Source: a virus (Duplodnaviria; Caudoviricetes). Taken from it: a DNA stretch of 61,372 nucleotides. How positions within the stretch are numbered: the first letter of the stretch is position 1; every line of letters begins with the position of its first letter. Made by a program: the position numbers and the translations under genes. The stretch covers positions 1 through 61,372 of the IMG/VR virus record IMGVR_UViG_3300025030_000109. The stretch is one strand, 5' to 3'. Shown here one piece after another: positions 46,991 to 55,480 of this stretch. The notes below the pieces were generated by a model. It searched no databases. It was not told where the DNA came from and was given only the letters and a program-made list of their open reading frames with translations.

Positions 46991-47155
46991 TTAGTCGTTA
47001 AAATCCTCATCCGCGCAGAACATGCAGTAGTCTGCTCCCTCGCTGATCTCCTCACCACAAGTGAGGCAGAAGCGTTCCTGGATGTGGCTGAACATCTCGG
47101 CGCGTTGCGAGGGCGTCATAGCTTGAAGTTCTTGGATTATCAGGGTCATGTTCAT
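46991..47155 (-). CDS. Small zinc-ribbon protein (54 aa)
   Basis: FCLTCGEEISEGADYCMFC; AGGAG RBS. Confidence 0.6.
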   Translation of the reverse strand: MNMTLIIQELQAMTPSQRAEMFSHIQERFCLTCGEEISEGADYCMFCADEDFND

Positions 47156-47166
47156 TTCAGGATCTC

Positions 47167-47787
47167 CTATGAATCAAACCCGAAGACGAACCGCACCTCG
47201 CCGTGCAACTCTTTCAGTCGGCGCACCTCATCCACGAAATACTTCAGGCTCTCACCCAGATCCTCGCTCCAGCTTATCTGGACGTGGGTCGTTGTCTCAC
47301 TGATATGGTCAGGTGCTGAGACCGCCACATCGCGGCCATCGATCCCGCCGCACCACTCCGAGGGCGCCATCTTGCCGTCCCAAGCCTTGAACGTCTCCAG
47401 GTCCACGATGCCTGTGCAGGTGGTCGACGGCAGAGGCGCAGCAAGTATCTCGTCGGCGGACAGCCAGGAGAAAGAGTGGTCACCCATCCAGATCTCCAGC
47501 GGGTCACCCGCCTCCTGATACTTCCGCCTGCTCGGGTCCATCACCTCCAGCGAGCTGATCGGGTGGCGGTCATCGTCGGTCATCTCAAAGTCCTCGGGGA
47601 GTCCGCGGCCGGCACTTAACGGCACCACCGGCGTGTGCGTCGGGACTCCGGCAAAGCCGAACCCGTTGCGGACGTCACCCAGCCAGGCGAACAGCAGGTA
47701 GTGCCGGTCCTGCTCGTAGGTACTCGCTACATCTTCCCACCCTGTCTCTATCTTTTTCTGCCATACTCCGTGAATGTCCGTCCCCAT
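47167..47787 (-). CDS. Conserved-type phage hypothetical protein
   Basis: MGTDIH, RxYxLFxxLxxVRN, RGLPxD, HSxSWL, VRFVFGFDS pattern. Confidence 0.75.
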   Translation of the reverse strand: MGTDIHGVWQKKIETGWEDVASTYEQDRHYLLFAWLGDVRNGFGFAGVPTHTPVVPLSAGRGLPEDFEMTDDDRHPISSLEVMDPSRRKYQEAGDPLEIWMGDHSFSWLSADEILAAPLPSTTCTGIVDLETFKAWDGKMAPSEWCGGIDGRDVAVSAPDHISETTTHVQISWSEDLGESLKYFVDEVRRLKELHGEVRFVFGFDS

Positions 47788-47848
47788 GGTCTTTCTCCTT
47801 TTAGTGAGTTGCGCTGAATCGTTTCGTCGATCTCGGCGGAGCCGAAGG

Positions 47849-48040
47849 CTACCTCTTTTTCACGCTCCAGTACTGCAATATCTCCTCGCTGACCATGCGG
47901 GCTGACCACTCCCCGCCCACGCAGATGTTGCCCTCGCACCACCTCTGGAACTGGTAGGTTTCCTCATGCTGCTCTGCCGCTACTTGCGTCCGGTGGAGCG
48001 AGCCGTCGCTTGCCTCGTATGCTGCTATCTCTCTTGCCAT
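47849..48040 (-). CDS. Hypothetical protein
   Basis: AAGGAG RBS; YEASDG motif. Confidence 0.65.
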   Translation of the reverse strand: MAREIAAYEASDGSLHRTQVAAEQHEETYQFQRWCEGNICVGGEWSARMVSEEILQYWSVKKR

Positions 48041-48054
48041 CTGATTATCTCCTT

Positions 48055-48228
48055 TTAGTCTCTGTCCCTGCAGTCGTAGATCCGCCCAGTCACGGGATCT
48101 TTCTCCAGGCCGTAGAACTGGTCGCGGTTCGAGTCGTAAGGGGTGGTGAAGCGGGAGGGCATGATGTTGAGCGCCCTCTTGATCTGCTTGCCCTGGTGGG
48201 GCACCGGTCGGTTCTGGGTGAGGGTCAT
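48055..48228 (-). CDS. Hypothetical protein (57 aa)
   Basis: AAGGAGG RBS after promoter. Confidence 0.6.
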   Translation of the reverse strand: MTLTQNRPVPHQGKQIKRALNIMPSRFTTPYDSNRDQFYGLEKDPVTGRIYDCRDRD

Positions 48229-48250
48229 GGCTTCCTCCTTTAGATCGTTT

Positions 48251-48296
48251 TCAAGAACTTTACCAGCACCGCTATCCTTTGTCAAGAACTTTATTT
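48251..48296 (-). promoter_or_regulatory. AATAAAGTTCTTGAC-family promoter with a second partial copy over the -10
   Basis: AAATAAAGTTCTTGACA-N17-TAAAGT (extended TGn); TAAAGTTCTTGA repeated at 48251-48262. Confidence 0.8.
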
Positions 48297-48323
48297 AAAT
48301 TATTTTACGGGTTGGGCTTAGGC

Positions 48324-49229
48324 TTAGATCCTAGGCTTATTGACCGGCGAGATGGTGTGGACGTTCCCACGGCTCAAGACTGTGGCGATGGCGTCCGGGG
48401 AGAACTGCGGGACTCGCTCCCCCTTAGAGAAATGCATGGCAGGCGCGTCCCAGGCCCCACCTCGCTGCGCGATCAGGATCGTCTCGTCGCCGAGCTCCCG
48501 TTTCGCCACCAGAGCTGATTCGAAGTCCGGGTGGGCGCTGATGCATACACCCAGCATCTCCGCGGGGTGCTCAGTGGTGTCCACCAGGAGGAAATGGCTC
48601 TTGTGCGGGTCCTGGCTGCCGTCCTTCCAGTGGGCGGAGATGTGCGCTGCCCGCTCGCGGATAAACCTGCGGGGGTTGGTGAGCAGGAACTTCTGGTCGG
48701 AGAGGGTGAGGATGTAGAATTTCTTGGTCGGCTTGTGGACCAGGTAGTTCGGCGGGCGGAGATCGAGGTCGTGGATGCCCTTGATGGCCTTGCGGGCCTC
48801 TTTGAAAGCGTCCAAGGGGAAAGAGAAGGCCCGAAGGTCTGCGAGCCTCCCAAAGTCGATGTAGTTGCGCTCCTCGCAGGTGTCTCTCTGCTGCTCCACC
48901 ACCAACACCTCGGTCAGCTTACTGTGCTTCAGGCGGTGGATCATCGAGTAGAGGGTGTTGAAGTTCCGGCCAGTGCGGGTGGCGTACACATAGAGCTCGG
49001 AACGGGTCATGCCTGCAATCTTGCGGCGCTCCTCCGGGGAGTAGCGCATCCGCCGATCCACAGGGCTCGCTGTGCGCAGGTAATAACGGACGGTGCTGAT
49101 GCTGACACCATGGGCGGCGGCCGTGAGACGGTCCATCTCCGCCGCGGGCATCATAGGGTGAGCGAGGGAAAGTTCGGCGCGGCTACGACAGATAGCGTCT
49201 CGCAGGTCTGTTTTGAGGGGTCTAGGCAT
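48324..49229 (-). CDS. Putative DNA-binding protein (HTH-like N-terminus)
   Basis: AAAHGVSISTVRYYL HTH-like segment; AAGGAGG RBS; adjacent to large non-coding region. Confidence 0.6.
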   Translation of the reverse strand: MPRPLKTDLRDAICRSRAELSLAHPMMPAAEMDRLTAAAHGVSISTVRYYLRTASPVDRRMRYSPEERRKIAGMTRSELYVYATRTGRNFNTLYSMIHRLKHSKLTEVLVVEQQRDTCEERNYIDFGRLADLRAFSFPLDAFKEARKAIKGIHDLDLRPPNYLVHKPTKKFYILTLSDQKFLLTNPRRFIRERAAHISAHWKDGSQDPHKSHFLLVDTTEHPAEMLGVCISAHPDFESALVAKRELGDETILIAQRGGAWDAPAMHFSKGERVPQFSPDAIATVLSRGNVHTISPVNKPRI

Positions 49230-49823
49230 TTAGGGCCTCCTTGTGGGTGGTTTTGGTAAGTAATGCACCAAAAAGCCGAGGATGTCAACATTTAAATGGT
49301 GTGAGGATTACTGGTGGGGATTGCCGTGATTCCGCGGTGTTATATGCTGTAATGCGTTTTTGGAAAGCGTAGTAGTCAAAAAAGCAACTTTTTTCCCAGT
49401 AGCGGGGCCCAACTTTTTTCAGGAATTTTGGAGGGCTGGGGCGTCGCGGCGGCTTTCTAATTTTAGGCGTTCACGTTATGAACGCTAAAAAAGATGAGCG
49501 GTGCTAGTTTTTTTTTGAAACTTTTGCACATTATATATAGGTCATATAATTCAAACAAACGTAGACCCGCCTGCGGCGCAGCTTTGGTGGGTGGGGTCCA
49601 GCGATCCGTAGTACTATCACGATCCGAAAAAAATTCGCTTTTGTAGTGAGTAAATGATTCTAATAATCGACCGATTTTGGCCGTTTTCCGCTCAACCCCA
49701 AATATGTACGGAAATAAAATAGTTGCATATGCGAAATAACTTCTAATGTTGGCCTAAACCGGCAGTAGTAGATTAAAGACTAAATTGGTCCGTTTTAGGC
49801 TTAGGCTTAGAGGTCGATCAAGA
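49230..49823. other. AT-rich non-coding divergence region (candidate origin or control region)
   Basis: ~600 bp without convincing ORF, A/T tracts, inverted repeat GCGTTCA-N5-TGAACGC, transcription diverges here. Confidence 0.5.
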
Positions 49824-50040
49824 CCTGGCACCGCAGCACTAAATGCGTATCTAAACTTATAAAAAGATTGCATATCTAGGAAACTATGGTATGATTTGTT
49901 CAGATTCTAAATAACTAAGGAGGCCTGAAAAATGCCAGTCTACATTTACTCCAGGATAAACAAGGTGATCAAGATCCGCTGCACGCTTTGGAGCCCGCAA
50001 CTCACCGACGAGCAGATACGGGTGGAGCTGGACAAGGAGG
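49824..50040 (+). repeat. ~217-bp direct repeat copy 1 (promoter + RBS + ORF start)
   Basis: Near-identical to 50817-51034; TTGCAT-N16-TATGAT with extended TGn, TAAGGAGG. Confidence 0.9.
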
Positions 50041-50105
50041 CGGCACAATACCTGCCATTGGTACCGCTACAAAAGAGACGCGATCAAACGAGCCGACGAA
50101 TTTAA
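49932..50105 (+). CDS. Early small protein (57 aa), paralog of 50926
   Basis: MPVYIYSRINKVIKIRCTLW; TAAGGAGG RBS. Confidence 0.65.
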   Translation: MPVYIYSRINKVIKIRCTLWSPQLTDEQIRVELDKEAAQYLPLVPLQKRRDQTSRRI

Positions 50106-50129
50106 TAAATGCGAACAGGAGCGGAGCTG

Positions 50130-50624
50130 ATGAAACCCATTTACTTAATTACATTACCCCACAACTTTGGTCGACCCGTCAACCCACAACATATTGTTGC
50201 AGTCTTCACCGACCTGAAAGAAGCACAGCAAGACCACACCGCCCGGACGAGAGCAGCAAACGACACCGCACCCCGCGACCTTGACGGGCACCCCTATCAT
50301 ATTCGTGGGCCGTACACGGACCAGACCGAAGAGGAAGCTTTCGAGATGATCAAAGCCGGAATGATTATGTTGACCGCCCAGGACCTGATAAACGAACTGC
50401 AGCGACTCGGTTATAAAATCGAGGGCACCAACGGAATGTCATTCAACTATTTCAACACCGGCAACAAACGCAAGTATAAAGCCAGATCAATTAGCATCAT
50501 AGAGGCAGATACAAAAATGTCATTCGCACATGTTGACGCCCGCCGCGATGATAATTTTAAAGCACTCCAGGCGCTCAGATATAACCATTTCGCTTACGAC
50601 AAAGAAAGAATCTGGGAGTTGTAG
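50130..50624 (+). CDS. Early hypothetical protein
   Basis: AGGAG RBS; open frame. Confidence 0.6.
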   Translation: MKPIYLITLPHNFGRPVNPQHIVAVFTDLKEAQQDHTARTRAANDTAPRDLDGHPYHIRGPYTDQTEEEAFEMIKAGMIMLTAQDLINELQRLGYKIEGTNGMSFNYFNTGNKRKYKARSISIIEADTKMSFAHVDARRDDNFKALQALRYNHFAYDKERIWEL

Positions 50625-50703
50625 CACCCCGCAGCCGCACCCATAGCCACACCCCCCGACACGTAACCAACCGCGCCACGGCGCCACCAGGAGGAGATAG
50701 ACA

Positions 50704-50835
50704 ATGAGCACATCGAACGACCAGGTAAAGCACCTATTCGCCAACCACCAATCCGGGGATTCTGCGAATTTGCACAGCGACGGCACCGTACTCAAATCCT
50801 ACTCGACGCCCATCGCCCTGGCACCGCACCACTAA
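50704..50835 (+). pseudogene. Early gene apparently truncated by the repeat copy 2 junction
   Basis: AGGAGGAG RBS; ...LHSDGTVLKSYSTPIAL runs into the repeat at 50817 and stops within a few codons. Confidence 0.5.
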
Positions 50836-51034
50836 ATGCGTATCTAAACTTATAAAAAAGATTGCATATATAGGAAACTGTGATATTATTTATTCGTATT
50901 CTAAATAACTAAGGAGGCCTGAAAAATGCCAGTCTACATTTACTCCAGGATAAACAAGGTGATCAAGATCCGCTGCACTCTCTGGGGCCCGCAGCTCACC
51001 GACGAGCAGGTACTGGCCGAGCTGGACAAGGAGG
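50817..51034 (+). repeat. ~217-bp direct repeat copy 2
   Basis: Near-identical to 49824-50040; TTGCAT-N16-TATTAT with extended TGn. Confidence 0.9.
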
Positions 51035-51045
51035 TGGAGAAATGA
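50926..51045 (+). CDS. Early small protein (39 aa), paralog of 49932
   Basis: Same first 20 codons as 49932; ATGA coupling to next gene. Confidence 0.65.
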   Translation: MPVYIYSRINKVIKIRCTLWGPQLTDEQVLAELDKEVEK

Positions 51046-51410
51046 AAAAGACCTTGCAACAGGTTGAATCTGAGGGGCGAAAGGCCGGCGAAATATGGGT
51101 AAATAACCCCGTCTGTATCGTCAACCTATACCGCACCAGTGATGAACGTGGGGCATGGTGGGTAGGTCACGCATCCGGCCGAACAAACGACATTACCCAC
51201 CGTTTACCTGCGCCGACCAGATATCAACTGGTAGAGATCATGAACCCAAATTGGGAGAAAAACGAAGCCGGCCAATGGAGCTTCACATACCAGATTCTGA
51301 GCCAACATGATACGCTGCAGGAGGCGCAGGACGCCCACGCGCGGATAACTAGATTGACCGGCCATCCGATGATAGAGAAATGTCACAGATACGTTTTGCT
51401 GGGACAATAA
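51042..51410 (+). CDS. Early hypothetical protein
   Basis: GGAGGTGGAG RBS; coupled. Confidence 0.65.
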   Translation: MKKTLQQVESEGRKAGEIWVNNPVCIVNLYRTSDERGAWWVGHASGRTNDITHRLPAPTRYQLVEIMNPNWEKNEAGQWSFTYQILSQHDTLQEAQDAHARITRLTGHPMIEKCHRYVLLGQ

Positions 51411-51443
51411 ACAACCGCGCCACGGCGCCAGGAGGGAGTAAGA

Positions 51444-52358
51444 ATGAACTACCCAATTCAGGAGCACGAACACTCAATCAACAACGTACCCGGCCGCATG
51501 TTCACCGTTCACGAGCCGCAGGAGGTGAGAGGTAACAAGGTGCACCGCAACCAGACATGGATCAGCGAAGGCCGCCCGGTGAAAGGATACGGGACCAACG
51601 GCGTCATGCATGTCAAAATCCGCTTTGACGACGAGTGTAAGAACGGCCACCAGTCGTTCAGCATCACGGCAGACGTTTACACCGTCGAGAGCCGCCGCCA
51701 GAAAGACATCGCAGCCAGTGGGTGTATGAATGATGAGATAGCCAATATTTTCCCCGAACTGGTACCGCTGATCAAGTGGCACCTGATGAGCACAGACGGG
51801 CCTATGCACTACATCGCCAACACCGTTTACCGCGCCAGCGACAGAGACGCCAACGGGCGCAGGAAGGGCGAGGCGAGCGCATGGCGTACCGTCGTTTACT
51901 TCGGCAATAGCCCGGTGTCTCACGCTGTCAGCGAGAAGCTGGCGCAGTGGATAGAGCAGCACCCGCGCCCCCAGGTCAAAGAGATTCAGCACCCGGACAA
52001 AGGGAAGCCGGGCGCATACCAGTTCGCCCCGAAATACACCTTTAACGGCTTCTGCGAGCGCAGGCATGAGTGCCCCTTTAACGATGAGGAAACAGCGCGT
52101 CAATGGGCGGCAGCCTTCAATACGATAGACTACCGCTTCGACAGGATCACCACCGGATACAGCGAAGGCAAAACCCGCGACCTTGACGCCGCCAGGAGCA
52201 GCGCAGTATGGCCCGACGCAACGGACGAGGAATTGAGCACCGAGCGCGACACCCTGAAAGCCGCACTTGAGGCACGCTTACCCGGTCTGATAGCTGAATT
52301 CCGCGCCGACATGGAGCGGATAGGTTTCTTGTGGGAGCCTGACCATAGCGAGGTGTGA
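51444..52358 (+). CDS. Early hypothetical protein
   Basis: 304 aa; FSITA...GC...I...FPEL..LIKWHL pattern common in phage early genes. Confidence 0.75.
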   Translation: MNYPIQEHEHSINNVPGRMFTVHEPQEVRGNKVHRNQTWISEGRPVKGYGTNGVMHVKIRFDDECKNGHQSFSITADVYTVESRRQKDIAASGCMNDEIANIFPELVPLIKWHLMSTDGPMHYIANTVYRASDRDANGRRKGEASAWRTVVYFGNSPVSHAVSEKLAQWIEQHPRPQVKEIQHPDKGKPGAYQFAPKYTFNGFCERRHECPFNDEETARQWAAAFNTIDYRFDRITTGYSEGKTRDLDAARSSAVWPDATDEELSTERDTLKAALEARLPGLIAEFRADMERIGFLWEPDHSEV

Positions 52359-52360
52359 CC

Positions 52361-52573
52361 ATGGACATCGAGAGAGCGAGAAAACTAAAAAGAGGCCAGA
52401 TGGTACACTGCCCTGCAGACCGAGGCGAACCCGCATACACCGGGCGAGTAGTGCAGGAAAACGCAATAACCGAGACCGCAGCCGAATACGATGCAAACGG
52501 CTCTAAATACATTTGGGTTTTAGTACAAGGCCCGCTTCACAAAACAACTTGGCCGTCTAACCGTCTAGGATAA
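52361..52573 (+). CDS. Early hypothetical protein (SH3-like size)
   Basis: GAGGTG RBS; open frame. Confidence 0.6.
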   Translation: MDIERARKLKRGQMVHCPADRGEPAYTGRVVQENAITETAAEYDANGSKYIWVLVQGPLHKTTWPSNRLG

Positions 52574-52600
52574 CCACACCAACCCACGGGAGCCACGACC

Positions 52601-52804
52601 ATGAGAGACCGCAGATACACCATAACCCAGGAGTACACCGGAGCAGCCACACGGCAACATGTTCTAAGGTTCTGCAACGACTTCGTGTCCACACACCGCA
52701 CCCGCGACCAGGCAGCAGCCGCCCAGGAGCGACACGCAGAGGAACGCAGCGCCCAACTTGCCGGATGGATGCAGCCCACATTGCCAGGAGGCACGCCGCT
52801 ATGA
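52601..52804 (+). CDS. Early hypothetical protein
   Basis: GGGAG RBS; coupled to next gene. Confidence 0.6.
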   Translation: MRDRRYTITQEYTGAATRQHVLRFCNDFVSTHRTRDQAAAAQERHAEERSAQLAGWMQPTLPGGTPL

Positions 52805-52959
52805 CATTTGACCAAGTAAAAACCAAAGCAGTCAAACAATGGGACGGTTATCTTGTGATCACACCAGCCGTCGCCCGTCGTATATCGACAACCGGAAAGC
52901 TTGTCGAAGTGGCCGTGATCCACGCCCGCACCCCGAGACCCAAGGAGGCGCAGCCGTGA
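52801..52959 (+). CDS. Early hypothetical protein (52 aa)
   Basis: AGGAGG RBS; ATGA overlap. Confidence 0.55.
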   Translation: MTFDQVKTKAVKQWDGYLVITPAVARRISTTGKLVEVAVIHARTPRPKEAQP

Positions 52960-53012
52960 TCCTCATCGTCGCCCTGATCCTAGTCGCAGTCTACGCACAC
53001 CGTTATGTCTAA
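52956..53012 (+). CDS. 18-aa hydrophobic peptide
   Basis: AAGGAGG RBS, GTG start overlapping TGA; MILIVALILVAVYAHRYV. Confidence 0.45.
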   Translation: MILIVALILVAVYAHRYV

Positions 53013-53062
53013 AACCCACACACCCGCGCAGCCCCAGGCGCCAAAGAGAGGAGAGCAGACAA

Positions 53063-53299
53063 ATGGATAAAGACCAGTTCAATCAGAAGCTAGAAACGCT
53101 TTGCGAGGAGTTGTTTTTCCAGGTGAGCGCCGAGGCTAACAGGCTATTCCAGAGCGGAGCCGTTGACGTTGACAGCTTCCAGGACGATATGAGGCTCCCC
53201 AAGATCATCCTTTGCGCAGCGCTTCACAACGAGGCGGAGCAATACAGACCCCGAGATAAGAAGCTGCTCAAAGAGTTGCGGAACCTTACCAGGTTCTAA
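53063..53299 (+). CDS. Early hypothetical protein
   Basis: GAGGAG RBS; last gene before terminator. Confidence 0.65.
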   Translation: MDKDQFNQKLETLCEELFFQVSAEANRLFQSGAVDVDSFQDDMRLPKIILCAALHNEAEQYRPRDKKLLKELRNLTRF

Positions 53300-53322
53300 G
53301 CCCTTCACCCCAAAGAAACGAA

Positions 53323-53351
53323 GCCCGCGAGCAGTCAGCGCGGGCCTTTTT
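53323..53351 (+). terminator. Rho-independent terminator of the early cassette
   Basis: GCCCGCG-9nt-CGCGGGC then CTTTTT. Confidence 0.75.
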
Positions 53352-53713
53352 GCGTCCGCCCACGTCCCATTTTTCCCGCGGCCCTTCGGGTTGCGCCTAT
53401 TCGGCGCTTGACAGGCGCTGACGCGCCAAAGGCATAGGTGCTGCTGCGCAGCTTAAAGCCCCGCTTCCGCTTCGCTACAGCTCGATGTAGCGGCTTCGCC
53501 GCGAAAAGGCCACACACAAAGCAAGTTTGCGCTTCGCGTGATCCAGGCAGAGGCCTTGGGGGGCTACGCTGCGCTCGCCCCGTAGGCTATTCATGCCCCC
53601 CGTAATACAGCCCCTCTCAGTCGCCCAATTTTTATAAAGTACTGAATTTACTACGAAATCCCGACGCCGCGACATACACGCCAGAAAAATTCCCAAAAAT
53701 CCAACCTCAGGAC

Positions 53714-53752
53714 AATAAAGTTCTTGACACTCAGCCCCGTAGCCGCTAAACT
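53714..53752 (+). promoter_or_regulatory. AATAAAGTTCTTGAC-family promoter (only plus-strand copy)
   Basis: AATAAAGTTCTTGACA-N17-TAAACT. Confidence 0.8.
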
Positions 53753-53780
53753 CCTGAGAAATACTGAACTTGGGGGGGAC

Positions 53781-54353
53781 ATGATGAGCGTCATTGAATT
53801 CAGCGGCGGGCAGATAAACCACCGCTACCTGATGGGTAAAAGCAAAAACGACCTCGCACACATGGTTCTGGACTACCTGACAGTATGGGAGAAATCACAG
53901 GCCGATGTAAAAAGGCTGACACAAGAACTGGCAGCCGCGAGGAGACCCCCCATGCAACCGATCGACCAGTCCATCGTAACCCCGACCGAAGGGGACTGTA
54001 TGCGCGCCACCGTCGCAACACTGCTCGATCTACCTCTCGACGCCGTGCCTCACTTCATGAGGTTCCCGGGAGATGAGTGGTGGAGAGTCTATGTGGGCTT
54101 CTTCTGGGCGCTCGGGTGGGAGATCGGAGAGTGGAAAACTGAGGGAGCCATAGACCCCGACAGCGGGGTCAACGGATTCTTCGACGCCGCAGTACCATCC
54201 AAGACGTTCCCCGACAAGAAGCACGCCGTGGTGATCGACAGCGCAGGAGTCGTGGTCCACGACCCGAACCCCAACAGGGCGTGGATGGGCGCGAACGTCT
54301 TGGAGAGCGGGGAGCTTATCGGGTACTACACGATGAAGAGAATCACTGAGTAA
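53781..54353 (+). CDS. Hypothetical protein with C-terminal papain-like (C39-like) domain
   Basis: GDCMRA...HAVV...VHDP Cys-His-Asp arrangement. Confidence 0.6.
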   Translation: MMSVIEFSGGQINHRYLMGKSKNDLAHMVLDYLTVWEKSQADVKRLTQELAAARRPPMQPIDQSIVTPTEGDCMRATVATLLDLPLDAVPHFMRFPGDEWWRVYVGFFWALGWEIGEWKTEGAIDPDSGVNGFFDAAVPSKTFPDKKHAVVIDSAGVVVHDPNPNRAWMGANVLESGELIGYYTMKRITE

Positions 54354-54420
54354 CAAATTTACTCAATGAGTACAAATTCCACTCATTTAGCTTGACAACA
54401 CACTGAAAGTATGCCCTAAT
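54341..54420 (+). promoter_or_regulatory. Three ACTCAnTGAGT-like boxes at 20-bp period followed by TTGACA
   Basis: AATCACTGAGT 54341, ACTCAATGAGT 54361, ACTCATTTAGC 54381, TTGACA 54392. Confidence 0.6.
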
Positions 54421-54428
54421 CCCACCCC

Positions 54429-54965
54429 ATGAGCGCACATCAAGACACATGGGGCCTGGACGATCTGATGGAGGAGCCTTTCGAGCCCCTCTTGGAAGAC
54501 CTGCGTTCCGGCTCCGAGGTCTTTCTCCCGACCGGTTTCACCGGTCACCAATTCGTCGACTATCACGACGAAACACCCTCAAAAAAATACCTCTCCGAGT
54601 GGCCGGCGCAGTTCCCGGTCGCCCTCGCCATGGAGGTGGAGGATCTCCCCGCCATCCTGGCCCGCTTCGAGATAACCCCCGAAAGATTCGAGCTTCTGAA
54701 ACCTCTCCCGGCGTTCCGCAAGGCGGTGGCCGAGGCGCAGCGCGACGTGCGTGAGCAGGGGCATACCTTCAAGCTGAAATGCAAAGGGATCGCCGAGGAC
54801 TTCCTGGACAATCTCTACCACGAGCTGCAGAACCCACAGGTAGGCCTCTCGACCAAGGTCGATGTCTTCAAATATCTCACCAAGATGGGTGGGCTGGAGC
54901 CTGTGCCGGTCCCCGCCACCGCTGCATCTTCCGCTGTCGCCGTGCAGATAAACATCAACATCTGA
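54429..54965 (+). CDS. Putative terminase small subunit
   Basis: 178 aa helical protein ending in beta-strand VQININI; first gene of the late arm. Confidence 0.5.
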   Translation: MSAHQDTWGLDDLMEEPFEPLLEDLRSGSEVFLPTGFTGHQFVDYHDETPSKKYLSEWPAQFPVALAMEVEDLPAILARFEITPERFELLKPLPAFRKAVAEAQRDVREQGHTFKLKCKGIAEDFLDNLYHELQNPQVGLSTKVDVFKYLTKMGGLEPVPVPATAASSAVAVQININI

Positions 54966-54984
54966 ACCTCGGGAGGCTCTGCCT

Positions 54985-55431
54985 ATGCCCCAAGCAGCCC
55001 TGGCCCACAACATCGATGTCTGCGCGCAGACCCAGACTTTTGAGCAGATAAAAGAGACCTTGCGTCGCCTGGACGCGCATGGCGAGAGGACCGCCATCGC
55101 TCTGGAGCATATAGCGGAACAGGGGGCGATCGTGGCCCAGCACGAGAAACGGCTCGACAAGCATGACATCGACCTGCGCGAGGTCTTCCACCGGGTGAAT
55201 GACCAGGAGAGGCTGGAGCGCGTGGAGCAGAAAGTAGCGGAGCTGGAGAAGAAGGTAGCCAAGGAGGAGGGGGCCGAGGAGGTTGCCGTCGAGAAGAAAA
55301 AGTTCTGGACCGATCTGAAGCTCCAGCTGGCGACCCCGATCATGGTGGCCGCTTTCTTCTTCCTCTGGCTCACCGGCAAGCTGGAGATAGCGGCCAAGCT
55401 GCTGAAGCTCTGGAGAGAATTCGCAGGCTGA
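54985..55431 (+). CDS. Coiled-coil protein with C-terminal TM (holin/XhlA-like)
   Basis: Heptad region then IMVAAFFFLWLTG. Confidence 0.55.
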   Translation: MPQAALAHNIDVCAQTQTFEQIKETLRRLDAHGERTAIALEHIAEQGAIVAQHEKRLDKHDIDLREVFHRVNDQERLERVEQKVAELEKKVAKEEGAEEVAVEKKKFWTDLKLQLATPIMVAAFFFLWLTGKLEIAAKLLKLWREFAG

Positions 55432-55480
55432 ACATCATTACCCCGACCCGGCTTCTGCCGGACAATAGGAGAGTGAACCC

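Noticed and set aside
48315-49811. 14-bp direct repeat GGCTTAGGCTTAGA at 48315 and 49798 as insertion boundaries
   Set aside because: Low-complexity TTAGGC iteration with no transposase or integrase; chance cannot be excluded
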